IMG/VR virus record: IMGVR_UViG_3300038520_000703
Coordinates: 1-33,875 of that record
Source: a virus
Lineage: Duplodnaviria > Caudoviricetes
Length of the DNA stretch: 33,875 nucleotides
Strand: one strand, 5' to 3'
Below the pieces are notes generated by a model, which was given only the letters and a program-made list of their open reading frames with translations, searched no databases and was not told the origin of the DNA. The position numbers and the translations under genes are program-made. Positions 1-9,572 of this stretch are shown here, one piece after another (the first letter of the stretch is position 1; the number at the start of each line of letters is the position of its first letter).

Positions 1-25
1 AATGGCGATATGCTATGGAGAAAAG

Positions 26-247
26 ATGACAGATAACGTAAACCACCCCCCACACTATAAGAAAGGGTCTATTGAATGTATAGACGCAATAGAAGCAGCT
101 TTATCTTTCACAGAGTTCAAGGGTTATTGCAAGGGTCAAGCATTTAAGTATGTTTGGCGAGAAGATCATAAAGATGCCAACATAGAAGATATTGATAAGG
201 GTATTTGGTATCTGACTAGGTTAAGAAACAAAATGGTAAACAGATAA
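26..247 (+). CDS. DUF3310 / SaV-like phage protein
   Basis: Motifs VNHPPHY..GSIECIDAI, GQAFKYVWR and EDIDKGIWYL. The ATG at 26 follows GGAG, so it is preferred over the ORF-track start at 2. Confidence 0.85.
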   Translation: MTDNVNHPPHYKKGSIECIDAIEAALSFTEFKGYCKGQAFKYVWREDHKDANIEDIDKGIWYLTRLRNKMVNR

Positions 248-318
248 TGGACATGAGTTTTTATGCTTTAGTAGGCATTATTTTATTAGTAACATATCAA
301 ATATTTTTAGATAAATGA
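247..318 (+). CDS. 23-aa single-TM micropeptide (MDMSFYALVGIILLVTYQIFLDK)
   Basis: Translated by hand. TAATG coupling to the upstream stop, ATGA overlap with the next ORF, hydrophobic core. Confidence 0.5.
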   Translation: MDMSFYALVGIILLVTYQIFLDK

Positions 319-455
319 CCATAGAAAAAAAAATTCAAGAACTACAAAAGCATATCAAGTATATTGAAATGGTGTTAAAAGAAAAAAGAGATGAGCTATT
401 TTGTTTGCTTGTAGAAAAAAAACAAAAAGATAAAGACAATAAAAAAGGGGCTTAA
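315..455 (+). CDS. 46-aa coiled-coil hypothetical protein (MTIEKKIQELQKHIKYIEMVL...)
   Basis: Translated by hand. ATGA overlap upstream; ends inside the terminator hairpin. Confidence 0.55.
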   Translation: MTIEKKIQELQKHIKYIEMVLKEKRDELFCLLVEKKQKDKDNKKGA

Positions 456-469
456 CGCCCCTTAGTTTT
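440..469. terminator. Bidirectional intrinsic terminator between convergent genes
   Basis: AAGGGGC-ttaac-GCCCCTT hairpin (445-463) with an A-tract on the left and TTAGTTTT on the right. Confidence 0.8.
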
Positions 470-935
470 ATCCCAGATCGGGTGGAACTGCCGCAGGGGG
501 TGGCGACATACCACCAGTATCCGCAGGTAAATAGCGTAAAACTTTATTTTTACTACCAGTTCTCTCATTTCCCTCATCATCAGTCCAGTTGTTTTCAACT
601 TCCTTAAGAGTAAGTGTAAGCTCCTTGCCTACATAGTCCTGAGCAGAACTAGGTGGTTGTTTTACAAAACCAACAGCCTTACTAAGTCTAGTAAATATAT
701 CTGTTGATATTTGTTTGATTTCTTCTCTAGGATCCCACAAGTTAAACCACTCGTTGTGATCTCTATAATTACCCCCAGCTATCTGGAAAGTCATCTTTAA
801 AGTCCAATTACCCTTTTGAGATTTGTATTTCTCAGCTTGAATAATCTTTGCAGGGTGGTCGCCAGACGGAGCCACTCCAGGCCCCGTAGGTTTGTCCTCC
901 ACCTCAACGTATGTAATGTCATCAAAGTCAGACAT
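468..935 (-). CDS. DUF669-like single-stranded DNA-binding protein
   Basis: P.G.H.AKI..AE...S.KGN..LKMTFQI pattern, Pro-rich tail, adjacent to a Sak4-like ATPase. Confidence 0.7.
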   Translation of the reverse strand: MSDFDDITYVEVEDKPTGPGVAPSGDHPAKIIQAEKYKSQKGNWTLKMTFQIAGGNYRDHNEWFNLWDPREEIKQISTDIFTRLSKAVGFVKQPPSSAQDYVGKELTLTLKEVENNWTDDEGNERTGSKNKVLRYLPADTGGMSPPPAAVPPDLG

Positions 936-1668
936 TTGTTATCTCCTTCACATTATCTGTGTTGTTTGCTACAGCTGTAAAGCCTAGCTTTTCTATTAAT
1001 GCAGTAAGATCTGGAACTTCAAAAGCTTCTAACTTACCACTCCTATCCTTGGCAACGTAGCCTTGACCAACTCTGGTTTGCAACCATCTGGCTTGAACTG
1101 CATTACCCTCCGCGTCTGTATCGTCAATAACTCTAAGAGCTAAGACTTCATCAAAGAAATAAGTAATGGACTGACCTAACTTTGTACCAACCATTTTAGG
1201 TTCGTGCATAAAGATACCGTCACTATTTACTTTTTCTTCTTTACAAATAAACATAACGTGCATGTGTAAATCACGAAAAGCACGCATGACATTTGTTACA
1301 GATTCTTGTACCTCCCCGTATGCTTTACGAGGATCTTTGTGTCTGGCTTTCTCCTGTTGCAATAACAGTTCGCTAATCTCTGATATAGAGTCAAGACAAA
1401 CCGTATCGTATTGAAGTTGTCCAGTATTTAGCAACTCATGAAGTTGCATAAGTTCAGAAGCTTCTTTCACTTCTATAGCATCTACATTAGTTGCATCTTT
1501 AATAGATAACAATCCTGCTTCAGCACTAATTACTAACACCTTACCTGGTGCAGTTTTAGCAAGAGATGTTTTACCTGCTCCAGCCATTCCATACACAAGA
1601 ACTTTTGCTCCTTGATCCTGGACTAACTTTTCAGGCGTTACAATCCTGCTTGATAAATCATTATTCAT
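928..1668 (-). CDS. AAA_24 / Sak4-like ATPase (single-strand annealing recombinase)
   Basis: Walker A GMAGAGKT, Walker B VCLDSISE, C-terminal AKDRSG motif; GGAGG RBS. Confidence 0.85.
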   Translation of the reverse strand: MNNDLSSRIVTPEKLVQDQGAKVLVYGMAGAGKTSLAKTAPGKVLVISAEAGLLSIKDATNVDAIEVKEASELMQLHELLNTGQLQYDTVCLDSISEISELLLQQEKARHKDPRKAYGEVQESVTNVMRAFRDLHMHVMFICKEEKVNSDGIFMHEPKMVGTKLGQSITYFFDEVLALRVIDDTDAEGNAVQARWLQTRVGQGYVAKDRSGKLEAFEVPDLTALIEKLGFTAVANNTDNVKEITNV

Positions 1669-1698
1669 AATGGTTCCTCCCGTACTTAAATAATTGAT

Positions 1699-1734
1699 TT
1701 GCTAATTATACACTAAAAGATTACAATGTGTAAA
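1699..1734. promoter_or_regulatory. Overlapping divergent sigma70-type promoters with a dyad
   Basis: Plus strand TTGCTA(1699-1704)-N17-TACAAT(1722-1727). Minus strand TTTACA(1734-1729)-N18-TATAAT(1710-1705). Inverted repeat TTACA-atg-TGTAA at 1721-1733. Confidence 0.6.
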
Positions 1735-1756
1735 ATTAATTTATCAGGAGAGTAAA

Positions 1757-2095
1757 ATGGAGGAAATAGAAAGTCTACAATGGATCGCAAATTATTACCA
1801 CAGACAAAATTCAATATCTCGAGAAAAGCTAAGGAGGTTAGAGAGTATGGGAATCACACCAAAATATAAAGATAGAAAAGTTGAAAGAATTACTTTACCT
1901 ATGTATATACAATTTTTAGGCAAAGAAAAAGCAGCTAAGGACTGGGACGTTTCAGAACATACAGTAGAGGCTTGGAGGTATGGACATAGGCAACCGTCTG
2001 TAAAACAAGCCAAACGTATAATTAAATTAACTAGCGGTAGGCTAGATTGGGAGTCAATATACGGCTCACTAGATGAATTAATTGCAGAAGATTAA
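1757..2095 (+). CDS. Cro-like helix-turn-helix regulator
   Basis: KEKAAKDWDVSEHTVEAWRYGHRQPS HTH pattern; AGGAG RBS; first gene of the divergent unit. Confidence 0.7.
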   Translation: MEEIESLQWIANYYHRQNSISREKLRRLESMGITPKYKDRKVERITLPMYIQFLGKEKAAKDWDVSEHTVEAWRYGHRQPSVKQAKRIIKLTSGRLDWESIYGSLDELIAED

Positions 2096-2098
2096 AAC

Positions 2099-4222
2099 AT
2101 GTTTAATTTTAATCTGTCTGAGGGAGAGGCAGCGTTAGATATTGCACTAGCTTATTATGATGAGGGATACAATGTTGTACCTTTACAAAGATCTAACAAA
2201 AAACCTCCGCCTTTTTTAAAAGGTTGGGAGCAATACAAAAACGAAAGGCCTTGTAGAACCACTGTTGAGGAGTGGTTTACTGATCGTGATAACTTAGTTG
2301 TAGCTTTAGTTTGTGGTAAATTTATTGTTGTAGACGCAGACTCTCCAGAAGCTATGACTTGGGTAGAAGAAAATTTACCTACCTGTCCATACAAAGTTAG
2401 AACTGGTAAAGGTATGCATTATTATTACAATAATCCAGAAAATTACACCACCTTTGCTACAAGAAGAACAAACGATACGCCTGTTGAAAGGTTGATTGAT
2501 TTAAGGGGTGTTGGCGGACTCATAATTGCTCCATTTAACCGTCATGCAAACGGTCAAATGTATAAGCCAATACCCCTCCCAGGTTGGGATATTTTTGATC
2601 ATAAAGATTTACCAGACTTTACTCCAAAAGAGTTTGAGAAGATAACTGGAGTACCAAAGCATGATACCGCAAAAAAAACAGCCCCTTTTTCTTTACACGG
2701 TGTTAATGAGGGATCAAGAAACGATAATGCTGCACGTATTGCAGGTTATTTAATTTCCAAAAACCTCAACCTAGACTTTGTAAGAATATTTTTACACAAC
2801 TGGAATAGGGATAATAAACCACCTTTACCACAACAAGAAATAGATTCAGTTGTAGATAATGTTAAGAAAACACACGATAGAAAAAATCAAATAGCTCCCC
2901 TGTTTGTCCAAACCAAAGAAGATATAAGACCGCCTGATGACTTATTTAATCCTCCAGGGCTGCTAAAAGATATGTATGAGTATGCAGAAGAAATAGCACA
3001 AGTATCACAACCAGAATTATCTTTAGTCGCTGCTCTATCACTTGCTAGTGTAACCTGTGGCAGGATATTTAAAACCGACATGAATAACTTTTCTAGTATG
3101 TATTTCATGTGTATTGCTAAGTCAGGACAAGGCAAGGAAAACATTAAAACCTTTGTTGAAGCAGTTTTAAACGCTTCTGAGCATGATAAATTGATAGTAG
3201 GAGACGGATATACCTCCAGTGGTGCAGTTCATTCAGTACTAAAGATGAGGCCGACACATATAACTATTATGGATGAGTTTGGTAAAAGACTAGAAAGCAT
3301 AAGTCAAGCTGGTAATACTAATAAAGAAGATGGCATACAAACACTTATGGAAGCTTGGGGTAGATGTCACGGTACATTAAGACCAGATAATTATTCTTTA
3401 ATGGGCATACAAGTAGAAGACATCAAAGAAAAGATTATGAACCGTGTGACACATAAACCTGCTATAACTATGGTTGGTTTATCTGTACCCAAAAATTTTT
3501 ACAAAGCACTAAACTCTGGTCGTATTGCAGACGGTTTTTTAAATAGATTTATGGTCATAGAGTCTAAAGAACCAAGACGTGTATCTAATCTTAAAAAGAT
3601 CAAAAGCCCACCACTAACGTTAGTTAACTGGGTTAATTATATTAGAAGAGATAGAGGTGGCTTATCAGCTCCTATGGTAAATAACTCTGAATATAACATA
3701 CCGCAGGAGGTATTAGCCTTTGATCATGATTCAGAGCAGCTATTACAGGAGTTTGCAAGCGAAATAGTACAAAGACAAGATATATTAGAAAGAGATGGCC
3801 TAGAGCCGCTTCTAAGCCGTTCTAAGGAAAAAGCTATGCGATTAGCCCTAATATGTGCTTTAGCATCAAATGCCCAAACTACAACGATTACAGCAGATGT
3901 AACTAAATGGGCAATAGATTACGTTAGATACTACGATATGCTCTTTATAGAAGCCTGTAGAGACAAAGTAGCAAGTTCTGCAACCGAAGCTAAGATTAAG
4001 CAAGTATTGTCTTATATTAGGTCTAGGGAAAGCGAGGGTATATCCAAAAGAGAAGTTGACCGTCATGAACTATTTAGAAGCATGAAATCACATGAGGTAA
4101 AAGAGATTATAGAAAGACTTAAAAATGCTGGAGAAATCCAGGAAATAGATATTAAAGTAGGAGGCAAGGGCAGGCCAACTAAAAGGTTTGTTGCTGTTGA
4201 TCCTACATTCTTTGAAGAATAG
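2099..4222 (+). CDS. Bifunctional primase-polymerase with PriCT-1 and C-terminal P-loop helicase-like (DUF3987-like) domains
   Basis: VVDAD, RTGKGMHYYY and IDLRGVGGLIIAP (Prim-Pol); EGSRND..N.PPLP..E (PriCT); AKSGQGKE and IMDEFG (Walker A/B). Confidence 0.88.
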   Translation: MFNFNLSEGEAALDIALAYYDEGYNVVPLQRSNKKPPPFLKGWEQYKNERPCRTTVEEWFTDRDNLVVALVCGKFIVVDADSPEAMTWVEENLPTCPYKVRTGKGMHYYYNNPENYTTFATRRTNDTPVERLIDLRGVGGLIIAPFNRHANGQMYKPIPLPGWDIFDHKDLPDFTPKEFEKITGVPKHDTAKKTAPFSLHGVNEGSRNDNAARIAGYLISKNLNLDFVRIFLHNWNRDNKPPLPQQEIDSVVDNVKKTHDRKNQIAPLFVQTKEDIRPPDDLFNPPGLLKDMYEYAEEIAQVSQPELSLVAALSLASVTCGRIFKTDMNNFSSMYFMCIAKSGQGKENIKTFVEAVLNASEHDKLIVGDGYTSSGAVHSVLKMRPTHITIMDEFGKRLESISQAGNTNKEDGIQTLMEAWGRCHGTLRPDNYSLMGIQVEDIKEKIMNRVTHKPAITMVGLSVPKNFYKALNSGRIADGFLNRFMVIESKEPRRVSNLKKIKSPPLTLVNWVNYIRRDRGGLSAPMVNNSEYNIPQEVLAFDHDSEQLLQEFASEIVQRQDILERDGLEPLLSRSKEKAMRLALICALASNAQTTTITADVTKWAIDYVRYYDMLFIEACRDKVASSATEAKIKQVLSYIRSRESEGISKREVDRHELFRSMKSHEVKEIIERLKNAGEIQEIDIKVGGKGRPTKRFVAVDPTFFEE

Positions 4223-4231
4223 GAGGTAATT

Positions 4232-4699
4232 ATGTTTAAAACACCAAGTTTTGAAACAATACAAGATAAAAAAAGAGAAGATAGAGTAGCAGGCTTTTTA
4301 GAGGGCCTATGGCAAGTAAGTTGTCATAAACTACCAGTTAGTTACGGTATAGATTATTGGATAGAATCAGCCGATAAATGGTACTGGTGTGAAATTAAAT
4401 GCCGTAGTTTTGCTAGTGACAAATACGATACTTTTATCCTATCTGCAAACAAACTACGCAAAGGTGCCTCGTTTAGTCAGTCAACTGGGCATCCTTTTTT
4501 AACTGTATACGGTATGACAGACGGTATTTGGATGCATGAATGGATGCCAGATCATGTTTACGATATACGTATGAATATCAATCCAACGCCTAATTATGAT
4601 GAGGACAACGAACCCTACATACATATACCAAAAGAACATTTAACATGTTTATCAGATGTGCCGTTAGGTTTTGATAGGGATGAGATAGGACTTATATAA
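4232..4699 (+). CDS. PD-(D/E)XK family nuclease
   Basis: IDYWI...CEIKCR motif; AGGAGG RBS. Confidence 0.65.
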   Translation: MFKTPSFETIQDKKREDRVAGFLEGLWQVSCHKLPVSYGIDYWIESADKWYWCEIKCRSFASDKYDTFILSANKLRKGASFSQSTGHPFLTVYGMTDGIWMHEWMPDHVYDIRMNINPTPNYDEDNEPYIHIPKEHLTCLSDVPLGFDRDEIGLI

Positions 4700-7600
4700 T
4701 AGGTCTTCTAAATAACTGTTCAGCAAAGTCTATTCTGTCTTGTGGTATGCCGCTTAACTGATCAGAAATTTGTACAGGTGCAACTTGTGGCAAGCTTATA
4801 TTAACTTGTGGTGCTCTAGTTTGTGGAGTTTGTCCCAAAAGATCCTCTACACTTAAATCTGGTACGTTTTCGTCAATAAGTTCAGATGCAATATCACCCA
4901 CTCTTATTAATTCACCATTAACATATCTATAGCCAAATTGTATGGCTGTTCTTCTTAGCACCTCTAATGCTTGTGCTACTGATCCTTTATCAGTTTTAGA
5001 TGCAAACTTTATAAAAGCTCTGCTACCCAACATACTTTTAGCAAATTGTAAGCCTGCAAGAGTTCCTATGGATGCAAGTGGAGCAAAAACAACACCTGCT
5101 GCCATACCTGCAGCTACTAAAGCACCAGGGAAGTTGCCTCTTCCTATTTCTCCTTTTGTTAATACGTCAATTGTATCAGCAAAATGTTTAAGGTCCTTTG
5201 CAAACTCTTTACCAAACATAGCCTCTAATGTTTCATCACTATATTTAGCTAAGGCTGTATTTAAGTTTTTTGCTTTGAAAATATCTGTTACGTTACCACC
5301 TTTGACGTTGTAATCAATAGCATCTTCTAGGAGTTGTCCAAGGCTTGCTTCTTGAACTTTTGCAAAATCATCTGGGTCAAGCATATTTTTAAGCCTTAAA
5401 ATATTTTCACTATTTTTTGGCCTAAATACTGTTTCTACAATCTCACTAGGACTTCTATTTGGCAGTTCTGATAGATTGCGGTTAGCTAATAAATCAGCCT
5501 CCCTAGCTGATGCTTTGGCCTGTGCCTCTAGTGCACTTATAAAAGCTCTACCTTTTGGTGTTGTGCCTAATCCATCCTGTCCTCTAAATACTTTTACTAA
5601 GTCTTCTACGTCCGCAGACTTAAGTTTAGGAGCTACTTTTACTAATTGATTTATAGTCTGTAGTATAATTGGACCGCTTGATGTTCCATCATCAGCTTTA
5701 AACAAAGAATTAAGTTTTCCTGGATGTTTTGATTCAAACTTTAAAATTTCCTTAGCAAAGGCAGTATAATTTAACGTATCTGTAACAGGATCTATACTTT
5801 TTTCAAAAGCATCAGAAAATAATTTTTGTGCAGTTTGTGTTTTAACTCTGTTTAAATTTGTTGCAAGATCAGCTTTATCAGCATTAATTAAATATTTATC
5901 GTAATCGTCAACCGCTTTGAAAAAGTCATCTAACTGTCTGAGTGAACCGTTAAATATTAGTTTATCGTATACTTCATCAGGATCAAAAGCCCCAGTAACC
6001 CTAGCGCTTTCTGTTATATTGTTTATTGTAGAATTGATAAAAGGTTGATTTAGTTCAGCATTTAATTTATCAGCTGCTCTTAATAAATCAATACTTTCGT
6101 TTACTTTAGCAATTTCATCAAACGACATAGTATCAAAAATCATTTTGCCTTTTGCGTTTTCTAATTTGATAACTTCATTACCTTTTAGTCCCAATACAGT
6201 TAAAATACTGTCAGCATTTTCTGGATTTTCTTTAAGGAAATTTGGACCTTTTAATCTATGTAAGTCAGCATCATCAAGCAATCTTGTTAAAGTAATAAAT
6301 AAATCTCTTTCTTTTGTTGCTTTTGAGCTTTGTATAGAAGCATTTAATTTTCTTTTAGTTTCAACAATTCTTGATAATTTACCAAAAGGCTTTGCTTCAA
6401 TATCGGGGAACTCTAAATCAAAACGTGGTAAATTCTGGCCTAGTTTAGCAAATTCTTTTTCTGCCTCTAATATATTCCTAATATTAATATCTAAATTTGG
6501 CTCTTGTAAACTTTCTAATGTTTTGTCAGAAATATTATTTCTTGCTTTAAAAAATTTTATTTCCTGTAGACCTTTATTTCTATAATATTTAATTACGTTA
6601 TCGATAGCCTTTGCGCTTGGATTTACTGGTACGTTGCCATCATATTTTGCCACACTAGAAAATGCATCATCTACTGCATCATACATTTCCCCAACTTGTC
6701 TATTTACAACACCTTTAGCATTACCTAGTAAATCTAAAACTTGTTCGCCGTATTCTCTCATATTAGGAGCATCTCTATACTTAGCAGTAGCTATAAAGCT
6801 ATCAGCTAAATCTTCAACAGTATTTTTTGTTACTTTTGCTGCTTCATTAGTAGCCATTTCTAAATTTCTTTTTGTTTGATTTACGGTCTGACCAATATTT
6901 TCAGAGGTAACATCATCTACATAAGCATTAAGAGTTGCTCCTCTTTTTCTAAAAGAATTTGTCATAGTATCAAACATATCTTTGAGATAGTTTATGTTAC
7001 CTTTTTCTCTTGATGATTTAAGAACCGCCTCTGCTATTTGTTGTGTTTTTGCACCTAAATTAACATCTAATCCTTGTAAAGCTATTGCGTATTTAGCATC
7101 AAGCAATTTAACTTTGCCATCTGCTACAGCTTTTTTTATTTCTGCTTCGGTTGCTTCTTTACCTAAAGATTCATCTAATTTTTTTATATCTATTACATCT
7201 CTACCTTTTGCAGCTTGATTTGCTAGTCTTTTTGTAGATGTTGGGGCCTTTGCACCAAGAAATGTTCTATATAACACAGCTGAACCTTCACCTACTCCTT
7301 GACCAAGAACTCCAATAGTTAATTCACCAAGTCCTAAATAAGCTAAATCTTGTGCATCTTGTAATTGAAAGCCCTGCACTGCGTCTGCAACTTCTTCTAT
7401 ACCTTTACCGCCTGCTCCTCCAATACCAGATCCTAAAATTCTTGATGTGCGTTCTCCACCTAATCCTAACCCCCTAATACCCTTGTATAGTCTGCTTTGT
7501 GGTAAAACACCATACACGCTTCCTATTACGGGTCCTGCTATTCCTGCAAAGTCAGCAATATCTGCTCTTCCTTCAAATTTGTTAGCATCTATAATTGTAT

Positions 7601-7955
7601 TTAATTCTAATACGGTACCGTCATTAAGAATTTTTGTTTGAACTGGCTGTCCTCTAGCTCTTAGTCCAGTAGGAGTTAAAGCAAGTTGTCCTTTTGAATT
7701 TCTAGTAAATCCAGACGATCCAACATAGTTTCTTAATACTGATTCTTTTTCTTCGTAAGTTTCTGCTCTTGATAGTAAACGTCTTATTTGTAAATCATCT
7801 ACACCTGTTTCATAATCAAAAAATAAATCGTTTATGACTGGGTTCAAAGTACCCTTCATGATTTGTGCTTTTACTAGCTTTCTTGCATCACTAGGGTTTG
7901 CAGCTTCAACACTTTCAAAAACACCTGGAGCTATTTCTACTCTATAAGCAGGCAT
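4692..7955 (-). CDS. Large internal virion / DNA ejection protein
   Basis: 1087 aa, helical, with Gly-rich hydrophobic segments; last gene of the virion operon, the usual podovirus position. Confidence 0.6.
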   Translation of the reverse strand: MPAYRVEIAPGVFESVEAANPSDARKLVKAQIMKGTLNPVINDLFFDYETGVDDLQIRRLLSRAETYEEKESVLRNYVGSSGFTRNSKGQLALTPTGLRARGQPVQTKILNDGTVLELNTIIDANKFEGRADIADFAGIAGPVIGSVYGVLPQSRLYKGIRGLGLGGERTSRILGSGIGGAGGKGIEEVADAVQGFQLQDAQDLAYLGLGELTIGVLGQGVGEGSAVLYRTFLGAKAPTSTKRLANQAAKGRDVIDIKKLDESLGKEATEAEIKKAVADGKVKLLDAKYAIALQGLDVNLGAKTQQIAEAVLKSSREKGNINYLKDMFDTMTNSFRKRGATLNAYVDDVTSENIGQTVNQTKRNLEMATNEAAKVTKNTVEDLADSFIATAKYRDAPNMREYGEQVLDLLGNAKGVVNRQVGEMYDAVDDAFSSVAKYDGNVPVNPSAKAIDNVIKYYRNKGLQEIKFFKARNNISDKTLESLQEPNLDINIRNILEAEKEFAKLGQNLPRFDLEFPDIEAKPFGKLSRIVETKRKLNASIQSSKATKERDLFITLTRLLDDADLHRLKGPNFLKENPENADSILTVLGLKGNEVIKLENAKGKMIFDTMSFDEIAKVNESIDLLRAADKLNAELNQPFINSTINNITESARVTGAFDPDEVYDKLIFNGSLRQLDDFFKAVDDYDKYLINADKADLATNLNRVKTQTAQKLFSDAFEKSIDPVTDTLNYTAFAKEILKFESKHPGKLNSLFKADDGTSSGPIILQTINQLVKVAPKLKSADVEDLVKVFRGQDGLGTTPKGRAFISALEAQAKASAREADLLANRNLSELPNRSPSEIVETVFRPKNSENILRLKNMLDPDDFAKVQEASLGQLLEDAIDYNVKGGNVTDIFKAKNLNTALAKYSDETLEAMFGKEFAKDLKHFADTIDVLTKGEIGRGNFPGALVAAGMAAGVVFAPLASIGTLAGLQFAKSMLGSRAFIKFASKTDKGSVAQALEVLRRTAIQFGYRYVNGELIRVGDIASELIDENVPDLSVEDLLGQTPQTRAPQVNISLPQVAPVQISDQLSGIPQDRIDFAEQLFRRPII

Positions 7956-9541
7956 TATTCACTTCCTGGATTTAATTTTATGTCAATTTCTTCTTCGTTT
8001 TTTGATGGTCTTTGATTCTCTTGCTGCAAAGCCTCTAATATTTTAAACAAATCTGTAGAAGGAGGTTTTTCACCTGCTGCTGCATAACGATCTTCTAATC
8101 TTTGAAACTCTGTGCCCGCTTTAGCTTGATCTCTTTCTAGATCAGCTCTTCTTCTTGCAATTATTGATAATATTTCATCTGATGTTAATGTTGCTCCACT
8201 TAAGCCCTCTAATTTTCCAACTAGCGTTGTTGCTAATTCAATATCTTTATCTGATAGTCTACCACTAGCTTGACCAAGAACTTTATCTGCGTTTCCAATT
8301 GATATTTCTCTTAATAAATTCTCAACCTCTGTTTTTGCATCCATAGGCGCATTAGGATTAAATAAAGCCCTAAATTTGTAACCATATTGTTTAAATAAAT
8401 TGTTAAGCCCTGTAACGCTTGTTTGACTTAATATATTTTCAACTTGATTCAAAAAGTTAAGACTAGCTGCATTTTCAGCCATTGTGCTTGCATACGTTGA
8501 GTAATCTTTATCCATTTTATATCGTAATTCATTACTTAAACCACCTTTACCGCTAGCTTTTATAAGTTCAAGTTTTAAAGCTAACTCTTCTGCGGCTCTT
8601 TCTTCTGCCGCTGCAGCAGCACCTTGAGCAAGACCTGCCCCAACCTGTCCTGTTTTGACTAATGCAGAACCTACGTTACGTATAAATCTATCAAACTGTG
8701 GTGTACCAAAAATATCTGAAATACTTGGTCTTTTATCTTCATTTCCTGTACCTCCTCCTGTTCCTGAGCCTGTGCCTGGAACTACATTTTCTACTTCATT
8801 TTCTTTTTGTTTTTCAAGATTTTTTTTAACTTCTGCGATTGCTTTATTAGCTGCTATTACCTCTCCTACTTTGAGCTTATCAATATCCTTTTGTATATTT
8901 GCTGCTTGTTCTGCTAATTGATTTGATGCCATAGTTTCATCAAAATATTGAACTCCTGCACCTCCATACATTAATGCTTTACCTGTATCTACACCTTTAA
9001 TTGTAGGTATTGTAATTTGCGTGTAAGGTGCACCACCCCCTGTTGGATAAACGGTCGGTCCTTTTTTTATTGGTTTTGTGTAAAACGGATTCAAAAGATT
9101 TTTTAGTTTTTGATACTTTGAAATTTTTTTAGATGAATCAGCAATTTTCTTACCTGTACGCACAGCCTTTATTGCAGCACCACCTTTTAGTCCAATACCA
9201 CTTATCATTAAACCACCTGCTAAATAATCTAGTGGGTCTTTCGGATCAAAAAGGGTTAATGCCCCTTCTTTTATAATTAATGTATCAACTTCAGCTTCAA
9301 GTTCAGCAGCCGTTTTTCCAGTTGGATCAATACCCATTTCCACAAATGCAGCAATTGCTTCTGGGTCAAGAAGATATGGATTTTCAATCATTTCGCCATA
9401 ATTACCACCCGTTGCTTGATTTTGTTTTGCTTGATCTATAATAGCTTGTGTTTCTGCATCAAATCCAGAAGATTGATTAAGATCAACATCAACAGGTTTC
9501 AAAGATTCTGTCTCTACTATTCCTGGAGTAACTAATAACAT
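7955..9541 (-). CDS. Internal virion / ejection protein
   Basis: 528 aa, Gly/Ala-rich hydrophobic patches, GRLSDKDI motif; position in the ejection cluster. Confidence 0.55.
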   Translation of the reverse strand: MLLVTPGIVETESLKPVDVDLNQSSGFDAETQAIIDQAKQNQATGGNYGEMIENPYLLDPEAIAAFVEMGIDPTGKTAAELEAEVDTLIIKEGALTLFDPKDPLDYLAGGLMISGIGLKGGAAIKAVRTGKKIADSSKKISKYQKLKNLLNPFYTKPIKKGPTVYPTGGGAPYTQITIPTIKGVDTGKALMYGGAGVQYFDETMASNQLAEQAANIQKDIDKLKVGEVIAANKAIAEVKKNLEKQKENEVENVVPGTGSGTGGGTGNEDKRPSISDIFGTPQFDRFIRNVGSALVKTGQVGAGLAQGAAAAAEERAAEELALKLELIKASGKGGLSNELRYKMDKDYSTYASTMAENAASLNFLNQVENILSQTSVTGLNNLFKQYGYKFRALFNPNAPMDAKTEVENLLREISIGNADKVLGQASGRLSDKDIELATTLVGKLEGLSGATLTSDEILSIIARRRADLERDQAKAGTEFQRLEDRYAAAGEKPPSTDLFKILEALQQENQRPSKNEEEIDIKLNPGSE

Positions 9542-9572
9542 TTTTTGTTTTCCATATTTGTTATAAATACCA

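Noticed and set aside
1669-1756. CRP box that would give the phage cyclase a direct target
   Set aside because: No TGTGA-N6-TCACA match is seen here or in the other intergenic gaps by eye.
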